DNA of 64,000 nucleotides from Camelus dromedarius (lineage: Eukaryota): NCBI RefSeq assembly GCF_036321535.1, contig NC_087437.1, positions 107,324,001-107,388,000 of the forward strand, in the 5' to 3' direction. A program made the translations under genes and the position numbers. Below the pieces are notes generated by a model. It searched no databases. It had not been told where the DNA came from and saw only the letters and a list, made by a program, of their open reading frames with translations. Positions within the stretch are counted from its first letter, which is position 1. Each line of letters begins with the position of its first letter. This document shows, in pieces, positions 1 through 13,080 of the stretch.

Positions 1-308
1 ATCAAAAGATTACTGTTAAAGAAAATCAGATATCTGAAGTTAATTTAGTGCTTTTCTATATATGGGAAGATGCAAGAGTCTGGGCTCATTGAAATCATTC
101 CTTCTTTTGGTATGTACCTTAGCTATCTAGGGCCATTATCTTGTACCCGCCTCCTCTGTCCTGGGGGCAGCTGCAGTGGCTGAGGGTTTGGCAGCCTGTT
201 TGTCTCCATCCTGAGTTCCCTCAGGGCTCACTATAGGGATGGCTTTAGTGGCTTGATGGCTGCAACATCCTTTGTTTACTGATATGGCAGAAACATTTTT
301 TATTCACA
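1..308 (-). mobile_element. ERV1-class LTR fragment (MER41-like, Laurasiatheria type), truncated by window start
   Basis: Contains 'atgggaagatgcaagagtctgggctcattgaaatcattcc' and 'ggctgcaacatcctttgtttactgatatggcag'; ends in ...CA at 308 (TG start on the minus strand). Resembles remembered MER41-like LTRs of ungulates. Confidence 0.55.
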
Positions 309-590
309 TTAGGGATGGTAAATACAGTGCTTTTCTGTGTTCTGTGAGTTGTTCTAACAAATTCTTAAACCTGAGGAGCGCATCATGGGAACTCCTGATG
401 CATGTAGTTGGCAGTTGAAGTCGGGGGCAGCCTTGTAGAACTGAGCCCTTAAATATGTAAAATCTGATGCTAACTATCAGTAGTTACTGTCAGAGACTTG
501 GAGAATTCGTATTTCAAAAGACACCATGTATTTGGTGTCCAGAGGTGGGGGAGAAAGCCCTCTTATTTGGTGTTGAGTTGTCCAGGGCAA
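309..590 (+). mobile_element. MER21-like LTR fragment
   Basis: 'ttctgtgagttgttctaacaaattcttaaacctgagg', 'gaactgagcccttaa...tctgatgctaact' and 'tatttggtgtccaga' match the remembered MER21 3' half. Confidence 0.55.
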
Positions 591-1084
591 ACAGCACAGA
601 GGGACCCAAACGAACATGAGGTGATTAGTGCAAACAAACCCCCTCCCCTTGCTCAGCTGTACAGTCTTGCTTTGAACACATGTTGATGAACTGTACAAAT
701 AGCTTTTAAATCATCCTTTGAGAAAATTTAATAATAGCCCTTTGGCTGTCTCCTGAGTTTGTTTAAGAAACTTATCTACTATATTGTTAACATGGAAAAC
801 TTAATGTCTTGCCAAGTAAAATACACATGCAAGTCATTGGTAAAGTGCTTCATTTCTATCTTTTTGCACATTATGTGTAGTGATTGCCTTGGAAAAAAAA
901 AACTCTTTAATAATGTCCTTTAATTTCACTCCACTTTTCATCTTTTAGGAAGCAATCCACATTGTATCTGAGATCGTAACTTATTTTTGGCCACTGAAAA
1001 TTCTTTCATGTGTGTACTGACTACTGTTACATCTGTCTTTCTTATTTCTGCTGAACTCCCGACCCATTTTTGGTTAGTTAATGG

Positions 1085-1861
1085 GCATTTCTACTTGGGA
1101 TTCCAACGAGAAATGATACACCAAAGGCAACACTTCATTGTTAATCTCAAATCATTTTTTCTGATCTCGTAATTTGTATCTTGGTGTATGAAGCCATCTT
1201 CCTCCTTCCCAAAGTCAAAAATGAAGGATCATAATAACATCTCTCTCTCACTGCCTCTGACCTCCCTCCTTCGACCTCGTCCAGTCACTACATTATGCGT
1301 CTACCTTGTTCAAAGGTCTCCAATCTGCTTCACTTTCCACTCCTAAAACCACCATCACAGTTCATGCCCTCTCTTGCCTGCCTGTCTGACCAAGATTCTT
1401 ATGGGGTCTCCTTGCTTTCAGTCTGACCCTTTCCTCATCTGCTTTTTACTGTACAGTTTGAAAATTGTTACAATCATAAATCTGATCACAACTGTTCCAT
1501 GTTTAAAAGTATTTATTTGTTCCCTATGACTTCAAGTGAAATTTCAAACTATTGGGCTAACCTGCAGCACTAATGAAATCTGTCAGTAAGTTTCCAGCAT
1601 TACGCTCTGCAGGTGCCCTTTGCTATAAAAATATAAACTTACTTTAAGTACTCCAAGTAGGCATCCCTTCCTCCAGAATGCCTTTCCTACAACTGCAGTC
1701 TTATTTAGATGCTTTTTGATTTTTTCTGGACAAGTCCCTATCACTGCAGTTATTATACAGTGCTCTACAAGATTTTTCTCGTGTGTCTGACTTATTGGAC
1801 CAAAAGCTATTTGGGGAAGGTGCCATGACTTGTTAGATCTTGTATTGCCAAGTGCCTAGAA
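1085..1861 (+). mobile_element. L2 LINE 3' fragment
   Basis: Degenerate L2 motifs ('ggtctccttgctttcagtct', 'aaatctgatcac', 'agtgcctagaaca'), interrupted at 1862 by MER33. Confidence 0.6.
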
Positions 1862-2180
1862 CAATGCTGTACAATGTGGTAGCCACTAGCCACATGTTTG
1901 TTGAGAATTAAAATGCAGGTGGTCAAGTTGAGGGGCCCTATACATGTAAAATACTCATGAGAATCTGAAGATTTCCTAAATTCAAAATACCTCATTAATG
2001 ATTTTCATATTGTTTACATGTTGAAATAAACTTTGAGGTATATTGGATTAAATAAATTTATTGCTAAAATTAATTTCACTTGTTCTTTTTACTCTCTCTA
2101 ATGTGGCTTCTAAAAAAAATTAAATTCCATATGTAGCTCACATCTGTGGCTCACATTGAGTTTCTACTAGACAGCTATTA
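1862..2180. mobile_element. MER33/MER3-type hAT-Charlie MITE
   Basis: 'tgtggtagccactagccacatg' near the start and 'aatgtggcttctaaaaaaattaaattccatatgtagctcacatctgtggctcacatt...ctagacagc' near the end. Confidence 0.75.
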
Positions 2181-2559
2181 TGACATGGAACATAATGAGT
2201 AACCAAGGAGTATTTTTAAGTGGAAACATGCCTTTGGAAGAACACTCTGGGAAAAGTCGAGATATTTGAATATAATCAGGGATAAAAACTGAAGGAGAAA
2301 AGAGAAAGAAAACCAGATCACATACTTGCCAATGTAGTGGGGATTGAGTAACCCAAAAAGGAGGAACAGAAGCTCCATATAAATTGTTTTAAGCTAATTG
2401 TGCTGGAGATGAATCTGAATTTGAATTCTGAATCATATGATTTGTAGAAGGATTTCTGAGACAAATGCATATGAGTTAGTTGAACAGGGAGGGATGAATG
2501 CATAAATAGACCTGGAATATCTTATGAGACCTTAAAAAATGGCAGCCAAATAAATTTTT

Positions 2560-3981
2560 CGAAAAACAATGAACTGACAGAGACAAATGGAAAGGGATAG
2601 CAGGTAACAGCAGTGTAATTGTGGCAAAGGGAACAAAAGAGACAAGAAGTACACAAGCAGTATATTAGGAGAAGAAAATCTCAGGAATATATTTACCATT
2701 CCAAGAGAGATGACCAAACATTGGTCAAGAAATGTCTATTATGAGGCATTTCAGAAAATATAAAGGAGCCCTTGGAAGTTAAAAATGAGTAGGTAGAAGT
2801 GAAAAACTCAATAGATGAGTTGGAAGGTAACATTGAAGAAATCTAGAAATCAGAGCAAAAGGACAGATATAAAATAGGAGTAAAAAATGATAAGAAAATT
2901 ATGTCATCAGTTTAGGACTTCCAATATCCCAATAGTACAAGTTTCAGAATGAGAAAATGGAGAAAATAGAAGAAAATTATCAAAGAAATATAATCAAAAA
3001 TAATTTCAGCACAAAAGAACATAGGCTTCCCAACTACAGGGGCTTACCAAGTGTTCCACACAATGAATACAAATAGATCCAGACCAAGAAACACAATTGT
3101 GAAATTTTAGAGAAATTGAGGCAAAGAAAACTCTCTAGAAACTTTCAGAAAGAATGTTTCATGCAAGAAATGAAATATCAAAAGGTCATCACATCCCTTA
3201 ATAAAACATTGGAAATCAGAAGACACTGGAGAAATAATTTTGTAACTTCTTTGCAAAGATAATGTACAACAAAACTTTTCTACCAGGTAAACCAAATATC
3301 CAGTGTGAATTTGGGGTTAGAAAATTTAAGATATGAAAAAACTAAAAAAAAAAAAAAAAAAAAAAGTCTTCCATAACCATGCAACTTTGTCAAGATGTGT
3401 TCTGCTAAAGTCAGAGAGAAACCAAGAAAGAGGAAGCTGTAGGATCCAGCACAAAAGGGAGGCGATGGGAATTCCCAGTAATATGGGAAAGAAGTCCCAA
3501 GACTACAGTTTCGCAAAGTCCCAGATCAACCACTTTCTATTTGGAGCACATCAGAATAAACTGAGACAGATTTTTTTTAAGATTAAATTTTTAGGTTGCT
3601 TAAGGAGTTTAAATGTACCATACTGGGAAGAGATTTATATGTTTGGGTCAGGGTCTGGAAATAAATCAAAGATAAGAGGAGAGTAAACTAAACAAAAGCA
3701 AAGCAAAGCAAATATAAACTTTGGGGGAAAGAATAATGTTTTGCAGAAAGAAAAAATAATTGTTGTCTACTTTGTTCAGTTTAAGATAGATAATACAATA
3801 TTAATCTAAAAATTACAATGTGATTCTCACGGATTGATGGGGCAGAGTGAAGTATGTGTGTGTGGTGGGCTTATTGAGTGAATGAATGTGAACAAACTAA
3901 ATATTTTTTCACAGAAAGACCAATAATTGAAAAAAAGTCTAAAGCTTAGCATTTAAATATGCTATTTAGAGACATGGATCC
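2560..3981 (+). mobile_element. Ancient L1-family (HAL1/L1M ORF1-like) fragment, resuming briefly at about 4457-4570 after an MLT2 insertion
   Basis: A-rich plus strand with decayed ORF1-type motifs ('aagaaaattatcaaagaaatataatc', 'ccagaccaagaaacacaattgtgaaatttt', 'aacattggaaatcagaagacactgga'). Confidence 0.6.
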
Positions 3982-4456
3982 TGTATGAGTCAGGGTTCCC
4001 TAGAGAAACAGAACCGTTAGGAATACATGTATAAAGAGATTTATCGTAAGGAATTTCAGACTACATATTATGAAGGCTGAGAAGTCCCACGATCTGGCAT
4101 CTGCATAGAGGCTCAGGAAAGCTGGTGGTGGTCCAGTTCCAGTCTACGAGCCTGGGAACCAGGAGCCATGATGGTGTAAGTGCCAATTTGAGGGCAGGAG
4201 ATGATTGATGTCCCAGTTCACAGTCAGAAAGACAATAAATTATTCCTTCCTCCACCTTTTTATTCTATTCAGGTTTTCAAGCATCTGATGACACCCGTCC
4301 ACTGGAGGGAGGGAAATCTACTTTACCCAGTCTTCCCATTTAAATGCTAATCTCATCTGGGAACAGCCTCACAGGTGCACACAGAAATTATGTTTAACCA
4401 AACATCTGAGCATCCCTGTGACCTAGTCAAGTTGACACACAAAATTAATCATTACA
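3982..4456 (-). mobile_element. MLT2 solo LTR (ERVL)
   Basis: TG...CA termini; 'tcagggttccctagagaaacagaacc', 'ggctgagaagtcccacgatct', 'ctagtcaagttgacacacaaaattaatcattaca'. Confidence 0.85.
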
Positions 4457-4994
4457 GATGTAATATAAAATTTATTTATTCAAGAATATTTTCCATATGC
4501 TCTGGAAAATATTAAGCATCTAGTCTTTCTCATAACCAGTCTTGTAGAACTCAGTTTTAAAAAATGATATAAACAAAGTACATGAATAAATATTATTAAT
4601 CAACAAAGTGTGTGGGCACACACTTGCAGAACCACTGCATGGTTAGAACATATAGACCCAGTTAAATCAGAACAAAACCTATAGACAAAGTCCAGTTCGT
4701 AGTCCATGCCAGCACGTCAGGACTAACAGTCCCAACATGGTGATAGGAAGCCCCAGCCTCAGATTTCAGGGAGAGCCATGGTTCAACTCTCAGACTGACA
4801 CTGATGTGGTCCAAAACATCCTGATCCATTTTTTAAATACAAGTTTAATAACCGAATGTACCTTTATGAGCTTTTACAAAGTTTATAATTTGTACAAATT
4901 TTGATACATGGTCTATGTGAAATATGACTATAAAGTAATAGGGTAGACATGAAAATGAACGTGTTGCAAGGCACCTATAATCGAATAATGACAA

Positions 4995-5190
4995 AGAACA
5001 TTACTGAGTACTTGGTCGGTGTGAGGCATTGCCATAAACCACCAATATTTATTTATTTCCTCTTTCAATACTCAATGAGATAAAATGAGCAGTATATGCA
5101 GTTATTTCCACTTCACTGATGAAGAAATTGAGGCTAAAGATATAAAACAAATTACTCAAAGTTCTATACATGCTTTTAATCCCTGAACTA
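4995..5190 (-). mobile_element. MIR SINE
   Basis: MIR core 'ccacttcactgatgaagaaattgaggct'. Confidence 0.55.
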
Positions 5191-5989
5191 TAATAAATGA
5201 TGATTTTTTTTTCAGAGTAATAATATTGAGAGGGGCTAAATTTTCTTCATTGATACATCTGCCATTTGCTAAAAGAATTAAAAAGCATATGAATTCCTAT
5301 TTTAGGTTTGCCTTTCGTGTCATTCTGAGATATTCTCAACAAGCAGATATTTTATTCTTCGAGAATGGATTTGATTTTCATTTAATACACGAAAGTCAAT
5401 TGGAGCCAAGTTTGATAAACTAAGCTGATCATTTATTTGGATAATGCTACTTTTTTTTTTTGGTCAAAAATTACATTTGGGAATAGAAAGCATGTTTTGT
5501 GACTAATACATTTGTTTGGAAGGCGGTTCCCAAAGAAGAGTTCCAAATGTGTGCTGAGCAGAAACTATCATAAAAATACATACAGCTTCATGTGGCTATG
5601 TTTTGAATGACAATATACATTTGAATGCATAACTGTCTGTCTGTCTATCTATCCATCCATCCATATTTGTTCAAAATTCCTAAAGGGAAACTAAGGAGCA
5701 TGCATATAGGAGCAGATATACCATCACCACTTGTCAAAGTCTTGACCTACGGTTAGCAATAGCAAAGTACACGAAAGACTTACTGGGCACCTACCAAATA
5801 TTTGATTTCTGTTTATTGACTCAAATTTTTGATTGATTTATTTATCAGTATATCTCTCTCATATACTCAACAAACATAAAATGAATCACTATTATGTGCC
5901 AGACAGCATGTTATTTGCAGAGAATACACAAATAATCCTCTAGTGGAAAGACACAAATCATCATGATAATCATCACAATTAGTATTTGA

Positions 5990-6175
5990 TGAGTTATTTT
6001 CTGTGCTACACATGGTGCTAATCCTTTTACATGAATTGTGCTACTTATACCTCAGAACGACTTTATGAGATAGATGCTATTATTATATTGATTCTACAAA
6101 TGAGGAATAAGATACAGAGAGATTCAGTAACTTGGTTAAGCCTAGACAGCTGGTAAGTATTACAGTCAAGATTCT
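5990..6175 (-). mobile_element. MIR SINE
   Basis: 'attctacaaatgaggaataagatacagagagattcagtaacttg'. Confidence 0.6.
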
Positions 6176-6239
6176 GAAGGCTCTTAGCCACATCAGTTTT
6201 GGGACTAGCTGGGGAATATGGGCCACATGAGCTTATGAA

Positions 6240-7620
6240 GGTGAGTTGAGTTCCACAGATGAGATCATCCTGAGCTGAGAAGGTGAGAGGAAATAGGGAG
6301 GGCACCTTCATAAAGCCCAGGCCAGAAACGGCTTCATGTGCTGCACCATCTTGTGAGATAAGAAGCCATCTAAACCTTTTAAGAAAAGGTCTTAAATCAA
6401 ATTATGTGATCTGACTTGGGTTTTGGGAAAGTAACTTTGACAGCCATCAAGATGGAGGATCAGATGGGAATCAGACCAGAGACAGGGAGACAGGTGAAGG
6501 AATGCTTGATTGCCTGGGTAAAGCTGATGGAAAGATGAACTATGGCAGCAGAACTTGGGGGAGAGATGAGCTGTCCAAGGGGAGATGAATGGCTCAGATG
6601 ATCTATTGGTCTGGGGGTCTGCTGGAGAGAAAGGAATCCCTGATGATGGTTACTCCTCCAGATCAGGTTTCTATTTGGGGTAGCTGGAGGAATAATGATG
6701 CCATTCCCTGTAATAGTGACAGGGGACAATGCATAATCTTTTTATGGGGCAGAGAGATAGAAGGATTTGATTAGTCCTGGCTGTGTTAAGTTTAAGGAAC
6801 TCAAGGACACTGAGGTGGAACTGCAGTTGATTTGTTGAATATGTAGATTGAGACTTCAGAAGAAGAACTAGGGCTGGGATATTAATGTGAGAATCATCAG
6901 CATTTAGGAGGAGGTTGAAATATAAGGAAATGAATGGGGCCAGGGAGAATACAGACAGAGTGGAAAAAAGGTACTCAAGGTCAGAGACACTGTAAACTGC
7001 AATATTTTAAGAATAAGCAGGAGGAGGAGGCAACAAAGGAGACAGTGAAGCAGGAAATAAAACAGGAGGTTACTGACCTAGAACGTGAGGAGCAAGGGTG
7101 TTTCAACAGTAATGATTATTAGTAATCTATTAATTGCAATAATAGTGTATTTACACAACCATCAGTAATTATTGCAGTTTTGTGCCATGGACCACGATGG
7201 TTGTTTTGCTCAAGCTGCCTCATTGAATCTTCATAAGCATCCTAGCTGTTTGCTATTATCACCTCTAAACTGAGGCTCTGAGAAATCAAATAATCTGTGT
7301 GAGATCACACAGAAAGTAACTATCAGAGCCAGGATTTGAATGTTAGGGAACTTCCACTAAAGCCTTTGTGATTGACCCTTAAATATAATACCAAAAAATT
7401 AAAAACTAAAAAGAAATTGATGCATAAGAAATGATGGAGATTAAAACCAGATTTCAATTGGTTGAGGAAAAAAGGGGAGTTTTAAAGAAGTAATAATCCA
7501 AATACTCTTTGTAGAACTTGGATTGTGAAAGTGTGAAAGGAGGGAAAGAGAGGAGTATTTTTATTCACGTTTTTAGAATAGCAGAGCCATGCAGACTGAA
7601 GTGCAATTAATATGCTGAAG
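6240..7620 (-). mobile_element. L2 fragments with an embedded MIR (about 7150-7380)
   Basis: Purine-rich L2 antisense motifs ('gagacagggagacaggtgaagg', 'tgagaatcatcagcatt', 'gaggaggaggcaacaaaggagac'); MIR core 'aaactgaggctctgaga'. Confidence 0.6.
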
Positions 7621-7840
7621 AAATGGGACGTTGACTCAGAGGGAGACATTAACGATTTCTGAAAAATGGAAGTGGATGGAATTCATAGAAAAATGAATGG
7701 CATAAAACACCTACCATGAGATTAACATTGAACTTTTCCTTCTGTATTTAAACTCTATTTAAATATTTAAAAGGATAATAGGTAGCTTTTCATCACTTTC
7801 TTTTTTGCTTTTTTCTTTCCCATGTTTCTTGGTCATGTGA

Positions 7841-7847
<7 letters not shown>

Positions 7848-7883
<36 letters not shown>
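7848..7883. repeat. (TA)n microsatellite
   Basis: Directly visible perfect TA run. Confidence 0.97.
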
Positions 7884-7887
<4 letters not shown>

Positions 7888-8739
7888 CACACACATTTTC
7901 ATTATTTGTAATAATTTTTTCAAAAAAATCTCATAGTGCTTGGTCCATTGTCTCCCCAGTTTAATTTCTGTATGAACAACTTTGCATTTTGCCGCAGTGG
8001 AGAGATCTCAGTTGACATCTTTCCTTCAAATGCTTACAGATGCTTCTCACATTTTAGCAGTTTCAATTGACAAAAGAATTTCTTTTCCTCTTAGATTTTA
8101 CCCAACTGCTCAAGACTTTGGAATGGCTACATGCCTGTAACAAATGACTCTTCTGACGTTGGATGTTGAATGGCTTTACTTTCTCACACATTCTTGGACC
8201 ATGGAGTGTTTTTCCCGTGCAGGGCCCGTGACCTACAGATGGCTGTGGTAGATTCAATAAATTGAAAAAAAATACAAAGATGCTCATTATTACATTATGC
8301 TACATGTTTCCTTCTTTTCTCGTGGGATTGTTTCACAATGGCTAAATTTAGTGGTCAGCATTTACCACAAATGACTGGTAGCATAGACGTTCAGGATACA
8401 GAAATTTATTTCAGCAGAATGGACCTCTAAAAAGCCATTCACGTATAAACAGAGGAATCAAACATTTTAGTAGAAAGTTGGTACATGTATATCTCAAAAG
8501 GGGAAATGTCTCACTTGACAATGTAAAGGCTTTTTGAGGTAGAAGTTATTAAGGATAATTCTAGATTTGAGAGTGACAATATAGAACAAAATAATACTTC
8601 AAATTAAATAAATAGGAAATTAGAAATTGTGATTACTCTGATAATCACATACCTTTCACTTTTAAAATTACTTTTATTTTCCCACGTGAGCTCATTATAA
8701 CATATACTAGGAAACCCACTATTAGTGTTGATTGATTAT

Positions 8740-8900
8740 GGAATAGTGGTTAAGTTCAAGGATTTGAAGTTAAATAGACATGGCTTGAAATCCTACATTT
8801 TACTGCATGATCCTTGGCTGGCTTTAGTTTTTTTTTCAAACTTTGTGAAGCCTTGGTTTTTTACCTGCAAAGTGCTGATATAATTCAAGCATTAAAGTCT
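8740..8900 (+). mobile_element. MIR SINE
   Basis: 'ggaatagtggttaag' ... 'gccttggttttttacctgcaaagtgctgataataat'. Confidence 0.55.
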
Positions 8901-9435
8901 ACCACGTTAGAAAGAACTCAGTGACTGGGAGCTTTTGGTCAAAACAAAATGGTTACAGTAGCAGAATTGTATTCATCAAGCTGATTGGGGTCAGTTATTT
9001 TGGAGTCCTCCAGGGCAGGGCTGTGGTAGGGATGTAGGAATGCACATAGCCTTTTGTGGGAGGTGGGTGGACACAGATAAGAAGTTGCCCAAGACAGCCT
9101 GCCTCTTTGGTATTGGATGGAGAGTTGGCGGTGGAGTGCTGACTGAAGGAGAACTAGTCATTAGGATAAATGCCCTTGTCCTGTTCCAGTGACCACATGA
9201 ATGAAGAAATGAGAGGAAAGTGAAGAGGTTAGTACCTGGGAAAATGGTAAACAGGATGAATGTGGATAAATGGTTTGGAGCTAAGGTGGTGATGAGAGCA
9301 ACCACCTCATACTTACATGGGGAAAGCATGTGGGGAGTCCAAGAATGGTGAGCTTGGCTGCCATAAGTTATAAACTATACAAATGTGTGTTATTAGTATC
9401 ATGATGTTGAGGAATGGGGTGGAATAATACAGCAT

Positions 9436-9612
9436 CAGGGCCAGTTTCGTGAGCTAATGACCTGTGCAGTTGCACAGGACCTTGCGCTTAGGAAGACCCA
9501 GTGCTTGGCTTAGTGCTTTGCTGCAGTCATCATTGAGTTCTTAATATTTTTGAACGAGGGGGCTCACATGTTTATTTTGCATTGGGCCGCAGAAATTATG
9601 TAGGCATTCCTG
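9436..9612 (+). mobile_element. MER91A-type hAT-Tip100 MITE
   Basis: CAGGGCC...CCTG termini; 'tgacctgtgcagttgcacagg', 'ttttgcattgggcc...aaattatgtag'. Confidence 0.8.
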
Positions 9613-9715
9613 TGTAACATGTCTGTTTTGGATGAGTGGTTTTTAACCAGAATGATTTTTTCCTTCCCTGTACCCCTCACCTCCTGGCAGGGACACTTGG
9701 CAATACCTGGAGTCA

Positions 9716-9764
9716 TTTTTTTTTTCCCAAGTGTAGTCGATTTACAGTGTTGTGTTAATTTCTG

Positions 9765-9826
<62 letters not shown>

Positions 9827-10560
9827 CTTTTCATTATAGGCCACTACAAACTATTGAGTAAAGTTCCCTGAGCTATAAGAGGACCTTGCTGTTTATTTTA
9901 TATATAGTAGTTTGGATCTGCTAAACTTGAACTCCTAATTTATTCCTCCTCCCCCTTTCCCCCACTGGGACCAAGTTTGTTTTTTATGTCTGTGAGTCTC
10001 TTTCTGTTTTGTAAATGTTAATTTGTGTCCTTTTTTTTTTTTTAAGATTCCACATATGAGTGATATCATACACTATTTTTTTCTCTTTCTGGCTTACTTC
10101 ACTTAGTATGATGATCTCCAGGTCCATCTATGTTGCTGCAAATGGCGCTATTTTATTCTTTTTTCATGGATGAGTAGTATTCCATTGTGTGTATGTGTGT
10201 GTGTATATGTATGTATATGTTGTGTGTGTGTATATATCTACTTCTTTATCCATTCATCTGTTGATGGACACTTAGGTTGCTTCTATGTCTTAGCTACTAT
10301 AAATAGTGCTGCTATGAATATTGAGATGCATGTATCTTTTCAAATTAGAGTTCCCTCTGGATATATGCCCAGGGTGGGATTGCTGGATCATATGGTAAGT
10401 CTAGTTTTAGTTTTCTACGGAGTCTCCATACATGTTTTCCAATAGCTGCACCAAACTACATTCCCACTAACAGTGTAGGAGGGTTCCCTTTTCTCCACAC
10501 CCTCTCCAGCATTTATTGTTTGTGGACTATTTAATGATGGCCATCTGACCAGTGTGAGAT
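9716..10560 (-). mobile_element. 5'-truncated LINE-1 (3' UTR plus ORF2 C-terminus) with TSD
   Basis: Poly-T at 9716-9725 and canonical L1 3' motifs; TSD tggagtcaYttt at 9708-9719 and 10561-10572. Confidence 0.92.
9768..9824. repeat. (TA)n microsatellite inside the L1 3' UTR
   Basis: Directly visible. Confidence 0.97.
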
Positions 10561-11252
10561 TGGAGTCACTTTTGATTGCCATAGCTAGGAATGCAAAACT
10601 GGCATTTATTAGACAGAGACCAGGGATGCTACTAAACATCCTATAATTAACAGCGGAGTGCCTGACAACGAAGAATTACCTGGACCATAAATGTCAATAG
10701 TACTGAGACTGAGAAACCATCATTCAGTCTGATGGCAGCTTTATTAAAGACAGATTTATCTGTGGACCTCTGGATAATATTATTGTTACCTAATTGGGAA
10801 GATGCAAAGTTAACTAGTAAACTTCAGGTGAATTAAACTCTGTGTAGTACTGAGTTGCACATTTTGCATTTTGGCTAATGGAAGGATGTATTTTTATAAC
10901 TGAGCCAAGGCACCATAAAATTGAACCGACTTGATGCCAAAGAAGACTCATTTGACTTGGAACTTGTAATTAGCCCACCAGCAGCACCTGTGTAACTCTT
11001 ATGATCCTAATTTTTAAATCTGGCAATGAAAAGATGGATTCTGGCTGCGTGGTCAGAAAGTTTCTTTTCTAAGTGCCAAATCAAGCTTCTTGCTATAGTT
11101 CACTTCTGGGTCAGTCTCCTATTAGCTCAGAGAAAGCAGGTCATTCCCTTACAGTCATTGGTTAAAACAATGCCCTGCAGAAATTAGGGTTTTCTTCAAG
11201 ATTTTTGGAATAAATGTTACAGCATATAAAAAGGGCCTTGTCAAATACATCT

Positions 11253-11302
<50 letters not shown>

Positions 11303-11303
11303 G
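11253..11303. repeat. (TTG)17 microsatellite
   Basis: Perfect 51-nt run. Confidence 0.97.
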
Positions 11304-12002
11304 ATTTGTTCTCATGGATTACAGGGATTGAGCTAAATAGTCTTGCACATCAGAGATTATTTTACATGGACCAAAATTGTGGGTTTCCTCCCTACGTGGG
11401 CAGGATTGCTTCAGCCACAGGGAAATTATTTTATGGCCACAGATCTGACACCTACACCTAAAGGTTAGGTCAGAACATGGATTTATATGGCTGGGGACAT
11501 AAAACGGAAACAGATGATGGGAAGTGGGTAGACTTATTAATAAGACTGGAAAAAAAACGTAAGATGCATGCTCTAATTGCTGCAGGCCAATCACAGTAGA
11601 TTTATGTAGGAGAGCCAGCAGAGTTCTTTTTACACTTTAATTTTAGACCATGGAGTTTTCCTTTACATTTCTTTCCCAGATGTTTCTTTCCACTTGGCGT
11701 GAGTGTTCTTTATCACTCTTCTGGAAAGACTTAAGTATTAATTACAATGAAATTACATTGTATCTGAGGGCAACTGAAATGTAGTCATGGATTCTAAGTC
11801 TGAATTTTCTCTACTTTAAAATGGTTTCATATTGGTTTTATGGGCTTTGCAATTTGATTTGAATGTCTAAAAAGTGATTTTCTTGATATTATTATAATGA
11901 CTGCATTTAATACACATCTTGAACTCAAGGCTACAGAGAAAGTTCATACAATTTGGAGTCTCTCAGGCACTTCAACATCTGAAACATTTGACACGAAGAG
12001 AT

Positions 12003-12046
12003 ATTCTACACATCAGATAAAAATAAATTCTACACATCAGATAAAA
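12003..12046. repeat. Short tandem duplication of attctacacatcagataaaa (period 24)
   Basis: Identical 20-mers at 12003-12022 and 12027-12046. Confidence 0.9.
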
Positions 12047-12184
12047 TCTTAGATCTACTCTTTAAATATAGTACAAACTAAAAGGAATGAAATCAATCTT
12101 GTTAGGCAGAATGACTTTCGTGTATTTATTGTATTTTTTCTATGTGGACAAGTCAACTTTTTTTGACATGATTACATTTTTTCA

Positions 12185-12338
12185 TTATTATTATTATTGT
12201 TATTATTATTAGCTTACATTTTGGGGGGAGGTAATTAGGTTTATTTATTTATTTACTTTTTAATGGAGGTACTGGGTACTGAACCCAGGACTTTGTACAT
12301 GATAAGCATGTGCCCTATCACTGAGCTATACCTTCGCC
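12185..12338 (-). mobile_element. Camelid tRNA-Ala-derived SINE (Vic-1 type), long-tailed form
   Basis: Reverse complement reads GGTATAGCTCAGTGATAGGGCACATGCTTATCATG...GGGTTCAGTACCCAGTACCTCCATT, followed by the AAACCTAATTACCTCCCCCC extension. Confidence 0.85.
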
Positions 12339-12502
12339 TCATCTTTATGTTGTTTTAATAGTGCTTTTTATCCTAAAGGCACAGAAATGATAATTTACAT
12401 TATTGTTGATTATATTTTTTCTAAGTTAATTATTCTTGTCTAGGGAGATTATTCCTCTTTCGTCTAAGAAATTTTTTTTAGTGATTAAAAAACAACTTCA
12501 GG

Positions 12503-13039
12503 GGTATATTAGGGTTCTCTTGAGAAGCAGAACCCTAGAGAGAGATATACAAAAAGAAATTTATTGTAGGAATTGGTTCACAGGATTATGAAGGCTAAGA
12601 TGTCCCAGGATCTGCCATCTGCAACCTGGAAAACCGGGAAAGCCAATGGTGCAATTCAGCCTGAATCCAAAGGCCTGAGAACCAGGGTGGGGAGGATGAC
12701 AGGGCAATGGTATAAGTTCCAGCCCCAGTCGGAGTTCAAAACCCAAGGACCTGGAGCATCTATATCTGAATGCAGGAGAAAATGAATGTCTCAGCTCAAG
12801 CAGAGAGAGTGAGCCTTTTTTTTTTTTTTTCAGCCTTCTCGTCCTACTCAGGCCCTTAGAGCTTCAGTGATGCTCACCCACATTGGTGAAGGCTACCTTC
12901 CATACTCAGTCTACTGATTCAAATGCTAATCTCTTCCAGAGACACCCTCATAGATACACCCAGAAATTATATTCTCCCAGCTATCTGAGCATCCCTTACA
13001 TGCTCAGAGTCAAGTTAACACATAAAATTTACCATCACA
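12503..13039 (-). mobile_element. MLT2 solo LTR (ERVL)
   Basis: 'tattagggttctcttgagaagcagaacc', 'ctgattcaaatgctaatctcttccagagacaccctca', 'agtcaagttaacacataaaatttaccatcaca'; clearly homologous to 3982-4456. Confidence 0.85.
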
Positions 13040-13080
13040 AGATGTTCAACTTGGAGGGGTAATTCTTATACATCATTCAA

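Larger units (their letters stand above)
9632..10720 (+). mobile_element. MER20 hAT MITE split in two (about 9632-9719 and 10561-10720) by an L1 insertion
   Basis: Left part 'cagggacacttggcaatacctggagtcatttt'; right part 'agagaccagggatgctactaaacatcctata...aaatgtcaatagtactgagactgagaaacc'. Confidence 0.8.
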
